Positions 9,870 to 19,474 of a DNA stretch of 52,117 nucleotides are shown here, in pieces. Location of the stretch: NCBI GenBank assembly GCA_034530615.2, contig JAVRCV020000013.1:1-52117 (forward strand). Direction: 5' to 3'. A program made the translations under genes and the position numbers. Numbering within the stretch: the stretch's first letter is position 1; each line of letters begins with the position of its first letter. This DNA is from Aulosira sp. ZfuVER01. GTDB lineage: Bacteria > Cyanobacteriota > Cyanobacteriia > Cyanobacteriales > Nostocaceae. Below the pieces are notes generated by a model, which saw nothing but the letters and a program-made list of their open reading frames with translations, was not told the DNA's origin and made no database searches.

Positions 9870-11321
9870 ATGTCGGAGAGCTACTTAGAAATTGAGCGTC
9901 ATCGCGCTGCGATCGCCCGCATTGACATCTCTCGTCCTGTACGATTAGCTATAGAATCGGCAATCATCAATCAAGAGACTACTTTTTTTGATTACGGTTG
10001 CGGCTACGGTGGTGATGTCCAGCGCGTGGCAAATTTAGGTTACACCAGTGCAGGTTGGGACCCATACTACTATCCCGATGCATCAATTACCACCGCCGAT
10101 GTTGTCAATTTGGGCTATGTCCTTAACGTTATTGAAGACCCCCAGGAACGCCGCGAAAGCCTAATCAAAGCTTGGGAACTCACCCGTAAAGTCTTAATTG
10201 TCGCCGCTCAAATTCTCATTAATGCTCCTAGTAAGACACAATTAGCTTACAGCGATGGTATTGTTACCCGTCGCAATACTTTTCAGAAATATTACGAACA
10301 AGAAGAACTTAAAAGTTACATTGATGAGGTACTGAATGTAGATGCTGTCCCCGTGGCTTTAGGCGTTTACTTTGTATTTCGTGATGAAACCGAAAAAGAA
10401 AATTACAAAGCTATCCGCTTCTTTTCTCGAACTTCCACCCCACGAATCCGCATCCCCAGCAAGCGGTTTGAAGATTACCAAGAAATACTCGCACCGTTGA
10501 TGGCTTTTTTCACCAAACGCGGCAGATTACCAGTCAAAGGTGAATTGAGTAACGAACAAGAAATACTCAGCGAATTTGGTAACTTCCGCCGTGCCTTTAG
10601 CGTAGTATTACAAGCTACCGACGAAGCAGAATGGGATGCGATCGCTTATCGTCGTTCCCTTGATATCCAAGTTTATCTCGCCCTCACCCACTTTGAGCAA
10701 CGTCCGTCATGGCATAAACTCGCTCCAGAAATGCGTCACGACATCAAAGCCTTTTTTGGCAGTTATGAAGAAGCGTGTGCAGTTGCTGACCAAAAACTTT
10801 TTAGCTTAGGTCAACCTAGAGTAGTCCAAACAGCTTGCGAAAAAAGCAAAATTGGCAAACATACCCGTGGTGCTTTGTATGTCCATGTTTCAGCCCTCGC
10901 AGAACTCGATGCTTTACTGCGAATTTATGAAGGTTGCGCCAGTCGTACCATTGGACGTGTAGATGGTGCTACCTTAATTAAATATTGCACCGACAAACCG
11001 CAAATTTGCTATCTGTTTTACCCAGACTTTGATACTGACCCCCATCCCGCCTTAAAAGCTAGTATTATTATTGACTTTATTACTTTAAAAATCACTCACC
11101 GCGACTACCAAACCAGAGCAAATCCTCCCATTCTGCACCGCAAAGAAACCTTTGTTACACCCAACTACCCAAGCTACGAAGAATTTGCTCAACTCACCCA
11201 ACAAGAACAGCAATTAGGGCTGCTCAAGCAAAAAAGTGATATCGGTACCCGTGAAGGCTGGGAAAAATGCCTCGCCGTACATGGTGTAGAAATTAGGGGG
11301 CATCAAGTTTACCAAGTTTAG
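9870..11321 (+). CDS. DNA phosphorothioation-associated putative methyltransferase
   Basis: SAM motif 'FFDYGCGYGGD', 'GWDPYY', 'NLGYVLNVIED', 'TFQKYYEQ', 'NPPILHRKETFV'; follows dndE. Confidence 0.88.
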   Translation: MSESYLEIERHRAAIARIDISRPVRLAIESAIINQETTFFDYGCGYGGDVQRVANLGYTSAGWDPYYYPDASITTADVVNLGYVLNVIEDPQERRESLIKAWELTRKVLIVAAQILINAPSKTQLAYSDGIVTRRNTFQKYYEQEELKSYIDEVLNVDAVPVALGVYFVFRDETEKENYKAIRFFSRTSTPRIRIPSKRFEDYQEILAPLMAFFTKRGRLPVKGELSNEQEILSEFGNFRRAFSVVLQATDEAEWDAIAYRRSLDIQVYLALTHFEQRPSWHKLAPEMRHDIKAFFGSYEEACAVADQKLFSLGQPRVVQTACEKSKIGKHTRGALYVHVSALAELDALLRIYEGCASRTIGRVDGATLIKYCTDKPQICYLFYPDFDTDPHPALKASIIIDFITLKITHRDYQTRANPPILHRKETFVTPNYPSYEEFAQLTQQEQQLGLLKQKSDIGTREGWEKCLAVHGVEIRGHQVYQV

Positions 11322-11474
11322 TGGTTTTGGGCTTTGGGCATTGGTAAAGAGTCAAAAGTTAAACATTTCCTACCTTCATCCCTCTTGCCATTTTGCATAT
11401 TTTACGTGAAATCATCCGGCAGCTATGGCAAGATAACTGGAAATCACAAGAGGTAGGAAGGACAATCTCAATTT

Positions 11475-12773
11475 ATGAACAAAAATCAGTCGCTGCTAAA
11501 AGTCTTTAGCAGCCATAAGATGGGAGCTTTGTTATTTTTAGGCTTTTCATCTGGCTTACCATTGTATCTAACCAGTCAGACATTACAAGCTTGGTTGACC
11601 AAAGAAGGAATTGGCTTGGCAGCGATCGCGGCTTTTAGTCTAGTAAAATTGCCTTATTCTCTAAAATTTCTCTGGTCGCCTCTACTTGACAGATTTGTGC
11701 CCCCGTTTTTGGGACGGCGTCGAGGTTGGTTAGTAATTACCCAAGTAGCATTACTATTGGGTATCGTGGCGATGGGTTTACAAAACCCATCGCAAGGATT
11801 GCAACCTTTAGTAATTGCTGCGGTAGCTGTGGCCTTTTTTAGCGCCAGTCAAGACATTTTAGTTGATGCCTACCGTACTGATATAGTTGAAGCACAAGAA
11901 AGAGGTGCTGGGGCTTCGATTTATCTATTAGGGTATCGGATTGCCATTCTGGTTACAGGTTATGTCACCTTGTTTTTGGCAGATAGAATGCCTTGGCAAA
12001 TAGTCTACTTATTGATGTCCCTATTAATGCTTGTAGGCGTGGTAAGTTCTATATTTGCACCTGAACCAGTTTTACAGAATCGCCCTCCTCAGACTTTATA
12101 CGCTGCTGTTAAATTACCCTTTGTTGAATTTGTCCAACGTAATGGTTTACTTCAAGGACTTTTAATTCTAATTTTCATTGTGATCTACAAGTTGGGCGAT
12201 TCTCTCCTGAAGAATGTATCTACCCCATTTTTGTTAGATAAAGGCTTACATTTCACTCAATCCGACATAGCATTTCCTGGAGCCCTAGGAATTTTTGCCA
12301 CTATTGTTGCTACTTTGGCAGCAGGTGCAATCATGACCAAAATAGGTGTTAATCGGTCTTTGTGGATCTTCGCTATACTTCAAGCTGTCGGAAATCTAGC
12401 CTTTTTTGCATTAGCTCTTGTAGGTAAAAATTACTATCTAATGATAGCCGCTGTTAACATAGAACAATTTTGTGCTGGCTTAGAAACAGCTGCTTTTGTG
12501 GCTTTCTTGATGAGCCTTTGTAATCCCAGCTTTTCTGCAACTCAGTATGCACTACTTTCCAGCTTGCAGGGTTTTAGCAGAGATATCCTCACGGCTCCCG
12601 CAGGTGCATGGGCCCAAGCTACTGGCTGGTCTACATTCTTTTTAATCACGGCCATAGCAGCTTTACCAGGATTGCTGTTGTTACCATTTTTTGCTCCCTG
12701 GAACCCCAAACCAGTGGCAATTCCTAGACCAGGACTTGAGGAAGAAGAAGAGGATTTATGGGGAACCAAGTAG
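11475..12773 (+). CDS. ampG: AmpG family muropeptide MFS transporter
   Basis: 'LGFSSGLP', 'KFLWSPLLDR', 'SASQDILVDAYR', 'ATQYALLSS'. Confidence 0.92.
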   Translation: MNKNQSLLKVFSSHKMGALLFLGFSSGLPLYLTSQTLQAWLTKEGIGLAAIAAFSLVKLPYSLKFLWSPLLDRFVPPFLGRRRGWLVITQVALLLGIVAMGLQNPSQGLQPLVIAAVAVAFFSASQDILVDAYRTDIVEAQERGAGASIYLLGYRIAILVTGYVTLFLADRMPWQIVYLLMSLLMLVGVVSSIFAPEPVLQNRPPQTLYAAVKLPFVEFVQRNGLLQGLLILIFIVIYKLGDSLLKNVSTPFLLDKGLHFTQSDIAFPGALGIFATIVATLAAGAIMTKIGVNRSLWIFAILQAVGNLAFFALALVGKNYYLMIAAVNIEQFCAGLETAAFVAFLMSLCNPSFSATQYALLSSLQGFSRDILTAPAGAWAQATGWSTFFLITAIAALPGLLLLPFFAPWNPKPVAIPRPGLEEEEEDLWGTK

Positions 12774-13156
12774 TGATTATTGTCGGCACGTTTATCCTCC
12801 TGCTTACCGGACTGCTACTAGGCTACGTTCTCTCGCAGTTAGTATTAGGATTTTTGGGCTTTAACCTCCTAACTTTTTTGGGAACGCTCAGTCTGATTTT
12901 AATTTTTGGCACCCTGTACTACGTTTTATTTTGGCAATTGCGTCGAGAGCAGTCACAGGCTTTCAATGGCGGAATGCCAACTCAATCAGACGACCTACTG
13001 TATGAAAACGATCTCAAAAATACACTAATTGCTAGATTAGATGGTGACATAGACACTGCTGAACGGTTAATTGAGCAAGCTAGGCAGAATTATCCTGGTA
13101 TGTCAGAGAATTGGTATGTTGAGAAAGTAATTGATGATTTAGAAGGCGATCGCTGA
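12758..13156 (+). CDS. hypothetical membrane protein
   Basis: Two N-terminal TM helices and a C-terminal 'GD..TAERLI…WY.EKVI.DL' domain; overlaps ampG end. Confidence 0.8.
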   Translation: MGNQVVIIVGTFILLLTGLLLGYVLSQLVLGFLGFNLLTFLGTLSLILIFGTLYYVLFWQLRREQSQAFNGGMPTQSDDLLYENDLKNTLIARLDGDIDTAERLIEQARQNYPGMSENWYVEKVIDDLEGDR

Positions 13157-13255
13157 TAACTTGATGTTTGTGGTTAGCAGAACATCGCTAAAATAAATCA
13201 AGTAAACTTTACAAATCTACAACTAGTTTCTTAGCTAGCTCTTTCTCATTCAAAT

Positions 13256-13420
13256 ATGGCTATTTTTCGTCAATACATCGCCCCTTTACTGGTAGTGCTA
13301 GTATTTATCTTCGCCCTAGTAGCAGTCAGCGCCCGCATATTTTTACCTTCTGATATGGCTGCACCTGCACCAATTGAAGAGGTAGGGATGATTGTTCAGA
13401 TGAGTATAAAAAGTGCCTGA
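13256..13420 (+). CDS. small membrane protein (54 aa, not in ORF track)
   Basis: MAIFRQYIAPLLVVLVFIFALVAVSARIFLPSDMAAPAPIEEVGMIVQMSIKSA*; one TM helix; stop overlaps the GNAT start region. Confidence 0.75.
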   Translation: MAIFRQYIAPLLVVLVFIFALVAVSARIFLPSDMAAPAPIEEVGMIVQMSIKSA

Positions 13421-13949
13421 GCAACTGCTACCTGGGTACAACATTCGTCTGGGTTCCTCCTTGGATCGAGCGCTGCTGGTAAAGTTCATGCAAAGAAGTT
13501 ATCAGGATATCTTTCCCCAAGGAGATTTTTCCCATCTCGCCCAAACAGTCGAGCAATACTTCTCTAGTAAAACACCCTTGTGGTGGGTGGAAGAAGCAGG
13601 GGAGCAAGGGAGCAGGGGAGCAGAGGACGATAAAGGAGTATTTTCTTCCTTTTCCCCCCTGTCCCCCTCATCCCCCATCGCTTGCCTCTGGGTGGGAAAT
13701 GCCATAGATCAAATCGGGGGAAGCCGTCATGCTCATATCTTTCTCCTCTACGTTGCCCCAGAACATCGACGGCAGGGTATTGGTACAGCGTTGATGAAAT
13801 ATCTCGAAAATTGGGCAACCCAATCTGGCGATCGCCAGATTGGGTTGCAAGTATTTCAATCAAACCAACCAGCATTGAACCTTTATAATCAACTTGGTTA
13901 TCAAACCCAATCCCTGTGGATGGTAAAATCACTCAATATAGAAAAATAA
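13413..13949 (+). CDS. GNAT family N-acetyltransferase
   Basis: 'LYVAPEHRRQGIGTALM', 'NQPALNLYNQLGY'; GTG start. Confidence 0.9.
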   Translation: MPEQLLPGYNIRLGSSLDRALLVKFMQRSYQDIFPQGDFSHLAQTVEQYFSSKTPLWWVEEAGEQGSRGAEDDKGVFSSFSPLSPSSPIACLWVGNAIDQIGGSRHAHIFLLYVAPEHRRQGIGTALMKYLENWATQSGDRQIGLQVFQSNQPALNLYNQLGYQTQSLWMVKSLNIEK

Positions 13950-13951
13950 AT

Positions 13952-14173
13952 TAGTGCAGCATGGCAGAAACACTTAGCCAGTTAAAATGTGACTAAAAAG
14001 TAGCTTTTATATACAGCCTTCTGCCACGCCACTTGCTACAACGGAGGGCACCTCCCTCAGGATGACGCTCCTGCGTCGCTAGCGCTGCGCTAACACCAGT
14101 CCCCTACGGCGGGAAACCCTCATACAGGGCTGGATTCACCGCAACGCAGTGGTTATTCTGCCTTCTTGCACTA
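13952..14173. mobile_element. MITE with nested small dispersed repeats
   Basis: Imperfect terminal IR TAGTGCAGCATGGCAGAA / TTCTGCCTTCTTGCACTA enclosing a GC-rich multi-hairpin block at ~14027-14153. Confidence 0.6.
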
Positions 14174-14175
14174 TT

Positions 14176-14934
14176 ATGTATGACGAAGACGACCTAAGCC
14201 TACTCGATATCGAAGAGGAGCTAGAAAGCCCCTTGGATCGCATGGAGCCACTAACTGCTGAATCAGAAGTGGCAAAACCCGATCCTGAAGTGATGCTAGC
14301 TCTGTTAGAAAATCCCCAACCGCAGCAACGAATGCTAGCGGCGCGTGCTTTTTGTGACATTGAAGATGCACGTGCTATTCCTCATCTCATCCGGCTGTTA
14401 ACTGATACCTGTCCTTTGGTGCGGGTAAGTGCAGCCTATGGTATTGGACGCAATCCCAGTGAAGATGCAGTAGAGCCGTTAATTACCCAACTCAACCGTG
14501 ATTGGAATGGCTATGTGCGTAAAGGCGTGGTTTGGGCTTTAGGAAATTGCCGCGATCGCCGTTCTTTAGCACCTTTAGCTGACGCCTTAAGAACTGATAT
14601 TTCCGCAGTACGTTTGTGGGCTGCTACTGCCTTAGCGCAGATGGCAGAAGTCAGTTATGAAGCAGTCGTAGGAGCAATACCACCACTAATTGAAGCCTTA
14701 GTTCAAGACCCCGTAGCCGCAGTGCGGAGTAACTGCGCTTGGTCTATTGGACAGTTGTGCCGCGAACTGCCATCTAACGTAGTTTACGCCACAGCGATCG
14801 ACGCTTTAATTCAAGCGTTTGCCGAAGACCAAGATTTAGGAGTCAGAGAAGACGCCAAAGCCTCACTCTTAGGTGTAGGCGATCCTCGTGGTTTGCAATT
14901 GATAGAAACCTTAGAACAAGAAGGATGGTTCTAA
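14176..14934 (+). CDS. HEAT-repeat (PBS lyase-like) protein
   Basis: Repeated 'D..VR..AA.ALG' units; ATG at 14176 is the more likely start. Confidence 0.9.
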   Translation: MYDEDDLSLLDIEEELESPLDRMEPLTAESEVAKPDPEVMLALLENPQPQQRMLAARAFCDIEDARAIPHLIRLLTDTCPLVRVSAAYGIGRNPSEDAVEPLITQLNRDWNGYVRKGVVWALGNCRDRRSLAPLADALRTDISAVRLWAATALAQMAEVSYEAVVGAIPPLIEALVQDPVAAVRSNCAWSIGQLCRELPSNVVYATAIDALIQAFAEDQDLGVREDAKASLLGVGDPRGLQLIETLEQEGWF

Positions 14935-15192
14935 TTTAATTGAAAATCCTTCTGTAGATTGCCAAAGTTAATGTTCACTAAAGAGAGGCTAAAATTCTGC
15001 TTTAGCTTGACCGAACTCCTTCAGGATAGGGAATAGGCAACAGAAAAGGAAGGTAAAAGCATAAATTGCCCTATTCCCTTCTACCCCGAAAATAGTCGGT
15101 CAGAAGCCTCGTCCCCAGGGAACGATTGTGTAGAACGGGGTAACAGTCCCCTTTCAACGACGACAAATAATTAGTTAATCGACAGCAATTAA

Positions 15193-15264
15193 AGCCAGCA
15201 GTCGGATTTGAACCGACGACCTTCCGATTACAAGTCGGATGCACTACCACTGTGCTATGCTGGC
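15193..15264 (-). tRNA. trnT: tRNA-Thr(UGU)
   Basis: GCCAGCA TAGCACAGTGGTAGTGCA TCCGA-CT-TGT-AA-TCGGA AGGTC GTCGG-TTCAAAT-CCGAC TGCTGGC T; full cloverleaf, CCA not encoded. Confidence 0.96.
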
Positions 15265-15596
15265 AAGTTGAGTTAAGCTTTTTAAGCACTCACCGATTTT
15301 TGATTATAACATAGACAAGCGATTTGTCTAGCATTAAGGGTAAAGAAATCTTTTGCTTGTCCGTGGGTGATATCCCTGATTGTGGCGATCGCAGAAATTT
15401 GCATTGTCATGAATACCAAAAAAAGCTGTAAATTTCAGGGCTGAGAATGTTGATAACTTGATATTCCACGTAAAAGCTGACTTAAAATTCTCCCTTGGAC
15501 ACGAAAATATCTGGTAAAGTTTTAAAGCGAGAATTTTTCACAGGGCTGGCTCAAGGCAGAGAAAAACATCACTGGTTCTTTACAGATTCACAAAGC

Positions 15597-16517
15597 ATGG
15601 TAGCGTTGAACGGACGAGATTTATTAAGTCTGGCAGACCTCAGTTCTACAGAACTTCAAGAACTTCTGCAATTAGCAACTCAACTTAAATTACAAAAGCT
15701 AAAGTTGCGCAGTAATAAAGTCTTGGGATTGTTGTTCTCCAAAGCTTCAACTCGCACGCGAGTAAGTTTTACTGTGGCGATGTACCAACTGGGTGGACAG
15801 GTAATTGATCTAAATCCAAATGTCACCCAAGTGAGTCGTGGAGAACCGGTGCAAGATACCGCACGGGTTTTGGATCGATATCTGGATGTTTTAGCAATTC
15901 GGACTTTTGCGCAGCAAGAGTTAGAAACTTTTGCTAGTTATGCCAAGATTCCTGTAATTAATGCGCTGACTGATGCGGAACATCCTTGTCAGGTATTAGC
16001 CGATTTAATGACGATTCAAGAATGCTTTGGTAGCCTTAGCGGGTTAACTTTGACTTATGTGGGTGATGGGAATAATGTTGCTAATTCCTTAATGTTGGGT
16101 TGTGCTTTGGCGGGAATGAATGTGAGAATCGCTACACCTCCAGGCTATGAACCCGATGCGGGAATTGTAAAACAAGCAAGAGCGATCGCTAATAATCAAA
16201 CTGAAGTTCTGCTCACCCATGACCCAGAAATTGCCGCTAAGGGTGCTGCTGTTCTTTACACTGATGTCTGGGCAAGTATGGGACAAGAAGCAGAAGCAGA
16301 CGATCGCTTCCCCATTTTCCAACCTTACCAAATTTCCGAGCAGCTATTAAGCCTTGCCGACCGAGAAGCAATTGTTTTACACTGCTTACCAGCCCATCGC
16401 GGTGAAGAAATTACCGAAGCAGTAATTGAAGGCGATCAATCACGAGTTTGGGATCAAGCCGAAAATCGGATGCACGCACAAAAGGCTTTGCTTGCTAGTA
16501 TTTTAGGGGCAGAGTAA
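15597..16517 (+). CDS. argF: ornithine carbamoyltransferase
   Basis: 'STRTRVSF', 'HPCQVLAD', 'GDGNNV', 'DVWASMG', 'HCLP'; start at ATG 15597. Confidence 0.96.
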   Translation: MVALNGRDLLSLADLSSTELQELLQLATQLKLQKLKLRSNKVLGLLFSKASTRTRVSFTVAMYQLGGQVIDLNPNVTQVSRGEPVQDTARVLDRYLDVLAIRTFAQQELETFASYAKIPVINALTDAEHPCQVLADLMTIQECFGSLSGLTLTYVGDGNNVANSLMLGCALAGMNVRIATPPGYEPDAGIVKQARAIANNQTEVLLTHDPEIAAKGAAVLYTDVWASMGQEAEADDRFPIFQPYQISEQLLSLADREAIVLHCLPAHRGEEITEAVIEGDQSRVWDQAENRMHAQKALLASILGAE

Positions 16518-16712
16518 AAAGTAAAAACTCAAAATTCAAAAGGCAAAAGAATAAACGGTTATCTTGCTTTTGCCTTTTGTAGCGCTTTTAAATTTGATAT
16601 AACATTTCAAAAAATTTGGGAAATACAGATAAAAACAGATAAATGTGCATTTCATCCCAATAAAAACAGCTATATATTTTTACTTTCACCTTGCTTATAT
16701 GGGATTTTATGT

Positions 16713-16726
16713 AGTACTAATGTTCT
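16713..16726 (+). promoter_or_regulatory. LexA box upstream of lexA
   Basis: AGTACTAATGTTCT matches the cyanobacterial consensus RGTAC-N3-DGTWCB, ending 33 bp before the lexA ATG. Confidence 0.85.
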
Positions 16727-16758
16727 AGGGACATTTGTATTTACTTCCCAATAAAATT

Positions 16759-17364
16759 ATGGAACGTTTAACTGAAGCTCAACAAGAACTTTATGAATGG
16801 CTGGCGGAATATATCCGAACTCATCAGCATTCACCTTCAATTAGGCAAATGATGCAGGCGATGAATTTGAAGTCACCAGCACCAATTCAAAGTCGTTTAG
16901 AACATTTACGCACTAAAGGATATATTGAATGGACTGAAGGGAAAGCACGAACAATCAGAATTTTGCGTCCAGTAGCTACAGGTGTACCCATTTTAGGTAC
17001 TATTGCTGCTGGCGGTTTAATAGAACCTTTTACAGATGCTGTCGAACATTTAGACATTACTAATTTTTCTTTACCTCCCCAAAGCTATGCTTTGCGAGTA
17101 GCTGGTGACAGCATGATTGAAGATTTAATTGCTGATGGTGATTTAGTATTTCTGCGTCCAGTACCAGAACCAAATCAACTCAAAAATGGCACTATCGTTG
17201 CCGCTAGAGTTGATGGACATGGTACTACATTAAAGCGCTTTTATCGCAGTGGCGATCGCGTTACCCTCAAACCTGCTAATGCTAAGTATCAACCTATTGA
17301 AGTTCCTGCTATACACGTGCAGGTGCAAGGTTCTTTAGTCGCTGTTTGGCGTGATTATAACTAG
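16759..17364 (+). CDS. lexA: transcriptional repressor LexA
   Basis: wHTH 'SPSIRQM', Ala-Gly cleavage site 'IAAGG', 'GDSM', 'TLKR'. Confidence 0.96.
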   Translation: MERLTEAQQELYEWLAEYIRTHQHSPSIRQMMQAMNLKSPAPIQSRLEHLRTKGYIEWTEGKARTIRILRPVATGVPILGTIAAGGLIEPFTDAVEHLDITNFSLPPQSYALRVAGDSMIEDLIADGDLVFLRPVPEPNQLKNGTIVAARVDGHGTTLKRFYRSGDRVTLKPANAKYQPIEVPAIHVQVQGSLVAVWRDYN

Positions 17365-17494
17365 GGACGGGAAGAAGGACAAAGAGATAGGGAGACGCAA
17401 AGACGCGGGGAAATTTTCAATGCCTAATGCCCAATGCTTAATGTCCGTTGACTCTTGACTAGGGTTCATCACCACCTTCATTAATTGACATTTT

Positions 17495-18976
17495 ATGTAC
17501 CTGACGCTAAATCGAGTACAGGAACTGCCCGCTTTCCGCTTACGATTACCATTGTTAAGGGAAAGTCAGGGCAGTTATCAAACTCAACAACCATTATCAG
17601 GATGTCCGAGAATGCCACAATCTCTGCAATTGCGGCAATACCAGCGACAAGCTATTACTAGCTGGTTTGCTAACAATGGTAGAGGGACGCTGAAAATGGC
17701 GACTGGTAGTGGTAAAACTATCACAGCATTGGCGATCGCTTGTGAATTATATCAGCAGATTAACTTACAAGTCTTGGTGGTGGTGTGTCCCTATCGTCAT
17801 CTTGTCACCCAATGGGCGCGAGAATGCGAAAAATTTAACTTACAGCCGATTTTAGCTTTCGAGAATGTCCGCAATTGGCAAAGTCAACTTTCGACGCAAA
17901 TTTATAATCTGCGTTCTGGTTCCCAAAGATTTGTCACGGTAATTACCACCAACTCCACATTAATTGGCGATGGCTTTCAGTCACAACTGAAATATTTACC
18001 CGACAGAACTTTGATTATTGGTGATGAAGCCCATAATTTAGGCGCACCAAAGTTAGAAGAAAGTTTACCACGCCGCGTTGGGTTGCGATTGGCTTTGTCT
18101 GCCACACCGGAAAGGTACTTTGATGATGATGGCACCCAATCTTTGTTTGATTATTTTGGCCCTGTGCTTCAGCCAGAATTTACTTTGAAGGATGCGATCG
18201 CTGGTGGTGCTTTGGTACATTATCTGTATTACCCGGTTTTGGTGGAATTAACTGAAGCCGAAAGCATTGCCTATTTAAAATTAACTCGCAGAATTGGGCG
18301 AGCATTACTATATCGGGAAAAAGAAAATGGTGCAGTTGGAGATTTTGAGGATAACGAAGATTTAAAGCCGTTATTGATGCAACGCGCCAGGTTAATTGGT
18401 GCTGCAGAAAACAAATTAACTGCTTTGCGAGAATTAATGGCTACTCGCAAGGATACAACTCACACCCTATTCTATTGCAGCGATGGCTCCCAAGAACTTG
18501 GACAGCGTTCATCTCTGCGCCAACTCAAAGCCGTAGCTAAAATTCTCGGCGTAGAACTGGGGTACAAAGTCAGTACCTACACAGCCCAAACTTCTTTACA
18601 AGAAAGAGAAGTGTTACGCCGTCAATTTGAAAGCGGTGAATTGCAAGGTTTGGTAGCAATTCGCTGTTTAGATGAAGGTGTGGATATCCCAGAAATTCAA
18701 ACTGCGGTGATTTTATCAAGTTCTGGTAATCCCCGTCAGTTTATCCAACGGCGGGGACGAGTTTTGCGTCCTCACCCTGGAAAAGAACGCGCCACTATTT
18801 TCGATATGATTGTATTACCACCAGATTTAGAACGGGAAACCATAGAGGTAGAACGCAATCTGTTGAAAAAAGAATTGCGGCGCTTTGTGGAGTTTGCCGA
18901 TTTAGCTGACAACGCTGGAGAAGCGAGAATGAAATTACTCGCTTTACAAAAGCGGTACGGATTGTTAGATATATGA
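17495..18976 (+). CDS. SF2 helicase, DNA phosphorothioation-associated restriction type (PbeA-like, no PLD domain)
   Basis: 'MATGSGKT', DEAH, 'LSATP', 'CLDEGVD', 'QRRGRVLR', 'EL.RF.EFA..A.N'; start uncertain. Confidence 0.85.
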   Translation: MYLTLNRVQELPAFRLRLPLLRESQGSYQTQQPLSGCPRMPQSLQLRQYQRQAITSWFANNGRGTLKMATGSGKTITALAIACELYQQINLQVLVVVCPYRHLVTQWARECEKFNLQPILAFENVRNWQSQLSTQIYNLRSGSQRFVTVITTNSTLIGDGFQSQLKYLPDRTLIIGDEAHNLGAPKLEESLPRRVGLRLALSATPERYFDDDGTQSLFDYFGPVLQPEFTLKDAIAGGALVHYLYYPVLVELTEAESIAYLKLTRRIGRALLYREKENGAVGDFEDNEDLKPLLMQRARLIGAAENKLTALRELMATRKDTTHTLFYCSDGSQELGQRSSLRQLKAVAKILGVELGYKVSTYTAQTSLQEREVLRRQFESGELQGLVAIRCLDEGVDIPEIQTAVILSSSGNPRQFIQRRGRVLRPHPGKERATIFDMIVLPPDLERETIEVERNLLKKELRRFVEFADLADNAGEARMKLLALQKRYGLLDI

Positions 18977-19300
18977 ACCGGCGATAAACGCCGATGAAAG
19001 CAGATAAATAATCGGCGGTTTAAATTTCATTTTTGTAAAATTTTTTATAGCTGAAGAATTAGGGACAAATGTATAGGAAAATAATATTATGCTATTAATA
19101 TAATAGGATATAAGTAAAATTTTTAAAGGCGCTAATGCTCCATTATATTATATACTTAAGTATACTAGATCTCACCTCATAATAAAGCCTTGCACACAAA
19201 AAAATTGAGAAATTAAAGATAAGACAAACCGTGACTTAACGGATGCGATCGCAGCAGGAAACACAGGTAAAATAAATAAAAAAACTATTTACCATCCGCA

Positions 19301-19474
19301 ATGTCACCAGACCAAAATATTGATGATGTGCAGGAGCCAATTACCAGCGCCCCGCCGGAAGTACGGCAGATTATTGAACGGGTGTGGAAGCTGGAAAAAG
19401 GCAGACTAGAGAAGAGAATTAACAGTCACATTAACGATGAAATATTAGCGATCATTAAAGAAGAGGTGCGATGA
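19301..19474 (+). CDS. small 57-aa protein translationally coupled to the SMC ATPase (not in ORF track)
   Basis: MSPDQNIDDVQEPITSAPPEVRQIIERVWKLEKGRLEKRINSHINDEILAIIKEEVR*; ATGA overlap with 19471. Confidence 0.8.
   Translation: MSPDQNIDDVQEPITSAPPEVRQIIERVWKLEKGRLEKRINSHINDEILAIIKEEVR

Noticed and set aside
15071..15289. 72-aa ORF
   Set aside because: Translation through tRNA-Thr
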